A DNA stretch of 64,000 bases from Dehalococcoidia bacterium (GTDB taxonomy: Bacteria; Chloroflexota; Dehalococcoidia; CAUJGQ01). Shown here piece after piece: positions 59,407 through 64,000 of this stretch (positions within the stretch are counted from its first letter, which is position 1; each line of letters starts with the position of its first letter). Position numbers and translations under genes: made by a program. Location of the stretch: the NCBI GenBank assembly GCA_035310145.1, contig DATGEL010000129.1, positions 8,385-72,384 of the forward strand, in the 5' to 3' direction. The notes under the pieces were generated by a model. It ran no database searches, was not told the DNA's origin, and saw only the letters and a program-made list of their open reading frames with translations.

Positions 59407-60323
59407 GGCGCCGGCCGCGGTGATTCCAGAGTCCCCGCGCCGCCGAAAGGCCGCGCCTCCTCGGTCGTGCCGTCACTGACCGGCGCGCCGGCGCTGCCCG
59501 CCGCCATGCGGCGCGCCTTCTCCAGGCCGAAGCTCTCCTGCGCCGAGGGGAATTCGCCAGCCTGCACCTCAGCGATATAGCGCTGCACCGCGTCGGTGAC
59601 CGGCCCGGCCAGCTCGGCGAAGCGCCGGGCGTGGCGCGGCAGGAAATCCGGAAACAGGCCGAGAAAGTCGTGCAGCACCTGCACCTGGCCGTCGCAGTAG
59701 GGTCCGGCGCCGATGCCGATCGTGGGCACGCCGACCTTCTCCGTCACCAGGCGCGCGACGTTGGCCGGCACCGTCTCCAGTACGATCGCGAAGGCGCCCG
59801 CCCGCTCTAAGGCGGCGGCGGCGTTGATCAGCTTCACGACCGCCGCCGGAGTCTTCGCCTGCACGCGGTAGCCGCCGAGCTGGTTCACCGACTGGGGCGT
59901 GAGGCCGAGGTGGCCCATCACGGGCATGCCGGCCTCTACCAGCCGCTGCACCGTGGGCGCCACGCTCTGGCCGCCCTCCAGCTTCACCGCCGTCGCGCCC
60001 GTCTCCTTCAAGATGCGCCCGGCGTTGCGCAACGCCTCTTCAATGCTCACCTGGTAGCTGAGGAAGGGCATGTCCACGACGACGATCGCCCGCTCCGCGC
60101 CGCGCACGACGGCCTGGCCGTGGCGGATCATGTCCTCGATCGTCACCGGCAGGGTGGAGTCGTAGCCGAGCACCACCATGCCGAGCGAGTCGCCGACGAG
60201 GATGATCGGCACGCCGGCCGCTTCCACCAGCTTCGCCGTGGGATAGTCGTAGGCGGTGAGCATGGGGATCTTCTCCCCGCGCTCCTTCATCGCCTTCAGT
60301 TCGCCGATCGCTAGCCTGACCAT
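59403..60323 (-). CDS. panB: 3-methyl-2-oxobutanoate hydroxymethyltransferase
   Basis: Motifs MLTAYDYPTAKL, LVGDSLGMVVLGY, VKLEGG and GHLGLTPQS, plus a C-terminal extension of about 40 aa that overlaps panC. Confidence 0.9.
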   Translation of the reverse strand: MVRLAIGELKAMKERGEKIPMLTAYDYPTAKLVEAAGVPIILVGDSLGMVVLGYDSTLPVTIEDMIRHGQAVVRGAERAIVVVDMPFLSYQVSIEEALRNAGRILKETGATAVKLEGGQSVAPTVQRLVEAGMPVMGHLGLTPQSVNQLGGYRVQAKTPAAVVKLINAAAALERAGAFAIVLETVPANVARLVTEKVGVPTIGIGAGPYCDGQVQVLHDFLGLFPDFLPRHARRFAELAGPVTDAVQRYIAEVQAGEFPSAQESFGLEKARRMAAGSAGAPVSDGTTEEARPFGGAGTLESPRPAP

Positions 60324-60638
60324 GTTGCCGCCGCTCCTTGCCGCCGCGGTCCATCCCCGTAGGGTGACGGCCGCGGCGGCGCTGCCTGCTCGTTGCCTGG
60401 TCGAGAGTGACGGTCGCCGTCACGCCGTTCTGCCGTCATTGCCCTCCCGCGGCTGCACAGCGGCGGAACATGCTCTGCTTCGGGCGCGTGGCAACGCACC
60501 CCATGGGGCCGGATCGGTCCGAGTGAATCGTGCTGAAGCGATCATTGCAACTCGTCCTGGTCCGCCGATCCAGGCGAGGGAGGGCGCCCCGGCGCATCGA
60601 CGCTCGCCGCCGCGCCTGACGCGGTCGGTGGCCCGCTC

Positions 60639-60666
60639 AGCATAACAAGCACGCCGTGGCTGTCAA
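60639..60666 (-). promoter_or_regulatory. Putative sigma70-type promoter driving a leader of about 300 nt ahead of panB
   Basis: Minus strand: TTGACA (60661-60666), 16-nt spacer, TATGCT (60639-60644). Confidence 0.4.
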
Positions 60667-60781
60667 AGGCGTGCCGTGGGCCAGCGGAGGCACGACAGAG
60701 CGACGGCTGAGCAGTGTGGGTGTTTCGGGCCGAGCCATCGAGACACCTTGCGGCCACGCCGGCGCCGCGATCCCGCGCCGG

Positions 60782-61747
60782 CTAATCGATCGCTTCGGTT
60801 GCCCGCGCCTTGCCGCCCTTCAGCGGCGCCCGTTCGCCGCCGTTCGCGCGGGCGAGCAGCTCCGGGTCGGTGGAAGCATTCGGATCCTTGTGCCAGTTGA
60901 CCTCGTACAGCGTCATCGGCTCATCCAGCCCCTTGAGCTGCCGTTCGCCGGCCGGGATGAATCGCCACAGCGAGCCGGCGACGATTCCCTTCACGTGCTC
61001 GGGCACGAGGATCTGGGCGGCGCCGGCCTCGGCCATCACGCGCGCGGCAAGGATCAGCGGCATGCCGTAGACCCGTTGGCCGGAAGAGGGCGCCTCGCCG
61101 CCGTTGATGCCCATGCGTACGTCCAGCACGAAACCGCTGGAATCGTCGCGATTTCGATCTCGCAGCGCTCGCTGGCAGGAAGCGGCACAGGCGAGCGCGT
61201 CGTTCACCGAGTTGAACACGGCTTCAAAGCCGTCGCCGGTGAATTTCGACTCCTTCTTGCCGATAGCGTTATATCGCTTGAATCGCTCGCGAAACATGCC
61301 GTTGTGCCACTCGAGCAGGCTCAGCGCCCGCTCGTCGCCCAATCGCCTGGTCATCACGGTCGATTGTACGATGTCGGTGTACAGTACGCCGACGAACTTG
61401 GGCTTATAGATCGGACCACCAACGCGGGTGCGTTCCCAGGAGAGTTCCGGCGAGACGCGCAACTCGGAGGTGCCGATCAGCACCGGCCGGTTCAGTTCGA
61501 GCGGGTACCGCCGCCCCGGCTCCAGCTTCTCCGCCTCCATCCAGGTGCCGTTGGTGCTCCCCAGGTCCTCGATATACAGCGAAGCGCCGTCGGCGCCGAC
61601 GCGCAGGTGCCGGCTGGAGATCGCGTGGTCCGTTTCCACGACCAGATCGCTCTGGCGCGTGCGGCCGACCACGAGTGAGCCGCCGTCTTTCAGATCGTGT
61701 TCCAGCGATGTTTGGCCGTCCTCCAACCGGATCTTGATCGTATACAC
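60782..61747 (-). CDS. FHA domain-containing class III adenylate/guanylate cyclase
   Basis: FHA: LVVGRTRQSDLVVETDHAISSRHLRV...IEDLGSTNGTW. Cyclase: VGVLYTDIVQSTVM...KFTGDGFEAVF...RMGINGGE. The start is GTG 61747, or alternatively ATG 61834. Confidence 0.8.
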   Translation of the reverse strand: MYTIKIRLEDGQTSLEHDLKDGGSLVVGRTRQSDLVVETDHAISSRHLRVGADGASLYIEDLGSTNGTWMEAEKLEPGRRYPLELNRPVLIGTSELRVSPELSWERTRVGGPIYKPKFVGVLYTDIVQSTVMTRRLGDERALSLLEWHNGMFRERFKRYNAIGKKESKFTGDGFEAVFNSVNDALACAASCQRALRDRNRDDSSGFVLDVRMGINGGEAPSSGQRVYGMPLILAARVMAEAGAAQILVPEHVKGIVAGSLWRFIPAGERQLKGLDEPMTLYEVNWHKDPNASTDPELLARANGGERAPLKGGKARATEAID

Positions 61748-61861
61748 CGCATCGCTCCCCAGGCAGCATATCACCGGCGGCAGAGCGCCGGCAGGCGTGC
61801 GCCGCCGCCCGTGCACGAATCGCCTTGCGAGCACCCGATCCGCGGGCGCTGCCGATCGATG

Positions 61862-61888
61862 AACGAAAAGCCGGCCTCGCCGGCCGGC
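61862..61888 (-). terminator. Rho-independent terminator after tRNA-Lys
   Basis: Minus strand: GCCGGCC, loop GGCGA, GGCCGGC, followed by TTTTCGTTC. Confidence 0.55.
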
Positions 61889-61899
61889 TCAGGTGGAGG

Positions 61900-61975
61900 T
61901 GGTGCCCCCGGTAGGACTCGAACCTACAACCAATTGATTAAGAGTCAACTGCTCTGCCAATTGAGCTACGGAGGC
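61900..61975 (-). tRNA. tRNA-Lys (anticodon CUU)
   Basis: The minus strand reads GCCTCCGTAGCTCAATTGGCAGAGCAGTTGACTCTTAATCAATTGGTTGTAGGTTCGAGTCCTACCGGGGGCACCA. It folds as a cloverleaf with a 7-bp acceptor stem, anticodon loop CTCTTAA, a GGTTCGAGTCC T-arm and an encoded CCA. Confidence 0.92.
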
Positions 61976-61985
61976 AAGGGCCTTT

Positions 61986-63197
61986 TCACGCCTGCGCTTG
62001 TGACAACGCTCGCAATCCAGCCGGCGGTACATCAACCGACACATCAACCGTGGGCGTCAGCCCGCGCAGCGCGGCGTCGAGCTTGCTCATCGCCTGCCGC
62101 TTGAGGCCGTCTTCCACGCTGGTGTAGATGCTCATCGTCGTACTCACGCTGGCGTGTCGTGCCAATTTTTGCGCGACGGCCGGATGCACGTCAAGTTGCG
62201 GCAGGAAGGAGACGAAGTAGTGCCTCAAGTGATGCAGGTGGATCACCGGCAGACCGGCGGCCCGCAGCGCGGCCTGGAAGCGGTGGGTGAAGTACACCGG
62301 GTCGTACGGCTTCCCGCTCTTCGTCACCCAGACCAGACCGCTGCGACGCTCGCCGATCACCCCGCGCAGCACGGCCACCACGTCGGGCAGCAGCTCGATC
62401 GTGGTGGCGCTGGCCCGCGACTTCGGCTCCGTGATCACCAGCCCGCTGCCGGGGATGCGCTGCACCTGCTGACAGATGCGCGCCGTGCCGGCATCGAGGT
62501 TCAGGTGCTCGATGGCAAGGCCGGCCAGCTCCCCGGCCCGCAGCCCGGTGAAGAGCGCGGTCACGTAGACGGACCACAGGGGATCGCCGCGCAGCGCGTC
62601 CGCCAGTCGTTTGGCCGCCGCGATGCTGAGCGCCGGGGGATGCTGCTGCGGCACGGTGATCGGCTCGGTGTCCGACACGATGTTGCGATCCACCCAGCCC
62701 CAACGCCGGGCCACGTTCAGTGCCCGCCGCAGGGCGATGCGCAGGCTGGCGCGAGTCTTCGGCGAAAGCGGCACGCCGGTCAGGAAGTCCTCGACCTGCT
62801 GCACCGTGAGCCTTCGGCAGTCGATTCCGCCGAAGGCCGGTTTCAGGTGTCGGCGTACGTGGCTGTCGTACTGCCGCCAGGTGCCGTACGACCGCTCGCC
62901 GCGGTCCACCTGCGCCCAGAGGCTCGTCAGCCAGGCGTCGAACAGCTCGGCCATCGTGTGCCGTTCCGGCTTCACCGGCTGGCCCGCGTCCTTCGCCTGC
63001 TGCGCGGTCTTGAGCGCCGCCCGCGCCTCCCGTTCGGACTTGAAGTAGCTGTAGCGGCGTTTGCCGTCGCCGTCGTAGATCGCCATCTGCCAGCGCACGC
63101 CGGCCTTCGTGTTTCGCTTCGTGACGGTCCCCTCGCCGTTGGGGGTCTTCCCGACGACCCGTGCGGTACCGCTATCCAGCGTGATCCGTTTCCCCAT
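61986..63197 (-). CDS. Tyrosine-type site-specific recombinase (phage integrase family)
   Basis: An N-terminal arm-binding-like region, a core-binding domain, and a catalytic domain with ALFTGLRAGEL (Arg), HLHHLRHYF (HxxR) and LARHASVSTTMSIYT (His...Tyr). Confidence 0.9.
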   Translation of the reverse strand: MGKRITLDSGTARVVGKTPNGEGTVTKRNTKAGVRWQMAIYDGDGKRRYSYFKSEREARAALKTAQQAKDAGQPVKPERHTMAELFDAWLTSLWAQVDRGERSYGTWRQYDSHVRRHLKPAFGGIDCRRLTVQQVEDFLTGVPLSPKTRASLRIALRRALNVARRWGWVDRNIVSDTEPITVPQQHPPALSIAAAKRLADALRGDPLWSVYVTALFTGLRAGELAGLAIEHLNLDAGTARICQQVQRIPGSGLVITEPKSRASATTIELLPDVVAVLRGVIGERRSGLVWVTKSGKPYDPVYFTHRFQAALRAAGLPVIHLHHLRHYFVSFLPQLDVHPAVAQKLARHASVSTTMSIYTSVEDGLKRQAMSKLDAALRGLTPTVDVSVDVPPAGLRALSQAQA

Positions 63198-63466
63198 TGT
63201 TCTGCTGCCTCTCCTGTCGTGTTCGACCCGCGCGCCATCCGCGCGTCTCAGTGCTCGCCGCCAGCCCGCCGGAGGATACGATCAACCTCAGCCAGCACGT
63301 CTTCGGTGCTGACAGCCGCCAAGCTCGCCTGCTCCGGCTCCGGCAGCGGCGCAGGGCGGCAGGACGAGAAGCGCCACATGGTGAAGCTGATCATCCCGCG
63401 CATCAGAGGCAGCGGGCAGTCTTCGAGCGCCGCGCAGTGCTTGGCCGTGTGGCAGTGGTTCAGCAG

Positions 63467-63706
63467 TCAGTACGGGCGGTCCCGCGACGGCGTGCGCACG
63501 CGCTCGCAACAGGGCCGCCGCTCAGACGCCACCGGATACCAGCCATCCTCTCCGTCGTACCACCCGTCCGGCTCCTCCTGGCCGCGTTGGCGGCGCACAT
63601 ATCGGGCGTAGGCGGGTATGGCCGGCCGCCGGTGCTTGGGCACCACGCCGTCGGGCAACGTGGCGAAGCCCCCGGAGTTGTGGTCGTAGCTGTTCGTCTC
63701 GATCAT
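63467..63706 (-). CDS. Hypothetical small protein (79 aa) in the integrase-linked region
   Basis: AAGGAGA RBS before the ATG and a GC3-rich frame (MIETNSYDHNSGGFATLPDGVV...). It ends at a TGA that is in frame with a further 72 codons (63248-63466). Confidence 0.45.
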   Translation of the reverse strand: MIETNSYDHNSGGFATLPDGVVPKHRRPAIPAYARYVRRQRGQEEPDGWYDGEDGWYPVASERRPCCERVRTPSRDRPY

Positions 63707-64000
63707 CCGCGTCTCCTTGCGACGGTCCAGTTGTGCCCCGGCCGACGCACTGCTCCCTACCTGCTGATCCACGCTGCCAGCCGGCCAGCGACCGCCAGTA
63801 CGGCACATCGACCGTGGGCGGGTTGCCCTGACGCGCTACGATCGCCGTGGCGGCCTGCAATGCCGCGATCCGTACGGTTTTGGTGCTGCTCGCCACCCCC
63901 GCGCGCGCTGCTGCGGCTTCTGGCGCGTCTGGCGCGGCGTGCGAAGCCGCTTCCACTACAGCCGTGACCGGCGTGATCGCCCGCGCGAAGCCGGCCTTGT

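Larger units (their letters stand above)
61986..64000. mobile_element. Probable integrated element (left end only; continues past the window)
   Basis: An integrase sits next to a tRNA, followed by small unrecognisable minus-strand ORFs. No att repeat is visible inside the window. Confidence 0.4.

Noticed and set aside
60353-60366. CCCCGTAGGGTGAC resembles part of the tRNA-Lys 3' arm (CCCCGGTAGGACTC), which might be an att remnant delimiting an island to the left of the tRNA.
   Set aside because: The match is only about 10 of 14 positions with an indel, the integrase lies on the other side of the tRNA, and the segment is better explained as part of a panB-leader hairpin.
63522-64000. Minus-strand frame entering from the right edge (KAGFARAITPVTAVVEAASHAAPD...VDVPYWRSLAGW...) with good GC3 bias.
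   Set aside because: It is probably a real partial gene of the integrated element. However, it has no recognisable motif, its 3' end would overlap the RBS-bearing 79-aa ORF by about 185 nt, and its start lies outside the window. It was therefore not called as a feature.

Overview
This is a high-GC (roughly 68-70%) bacterial chromosomal segment, densely packed with about 65 genes on both strands. Nearly every long ORF has a spurious mirror ORF on the opposite strand, so I called genes from recognisable protein motifs, GC3-rich codon usage, RBS spacing and ATGA/GTGA start-stop overlaps. All family names come from motif recognition by eye. No database search was run.

Housekeeping content:
- mutL, tmRNA (ssrA) plus smpB, and an S41 tail-specific protease.
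- An eight-gene cobalamin nucleotide-loop and salvage operon (cobO-cobT-cobS-cbiB-cobD-cobC-cobQ-cobU) with a rhomboid protease gene at its 3' end.
- A 2-oxoacid dehydrogenase operon (E1 alpha, E1 beta, AcoX/NAD-kinase-like, E2, E3, lipB).
- CCA-adding enzyme, DnaQ-DinG helicase, PHP phosphoesterase, ispE, rsmA and a long SRP RNA.
- yceD-rpmF-fabD-fabG-nusB-acpP, tatA/tatC, a family-4 UDG, RNase J, ftsK, a fused accD-accA, uvrB, ruvA, ruvC, yebC and panC-panB.

Less ordinary content:
- A cell-envelope cluster: a TVP38-family membrane protein, an LPNTG surface protein and a sortase. The first two share a paralogous beta-rich domain.
- A c-di-AMP (ydaO-class) riboswitch in front of three small, uncharacterised, Cys-rich or degenerate proteins.
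- A solitary large serine recombinase whose catalytic motif looks destroyed.
- A 300-nt structured leader upstream of panBC.
- An FHA-nucleotidyl cyclase.
- A tyrosine integrase abutting the 5' end of tRNA-Lys(CUU). It starts a probable integrated element that runs off the right edge of the window.

I saw no CRISPR array, rRNA or recognisable defence system. The gene content (sortase/LPXTG, RNase J, DnaQ-DinG fusion, long SRP RNA) fits a high-GC monoderm-like lineage such as Chloroflexota/Thermomicrobia, but that is a guess.
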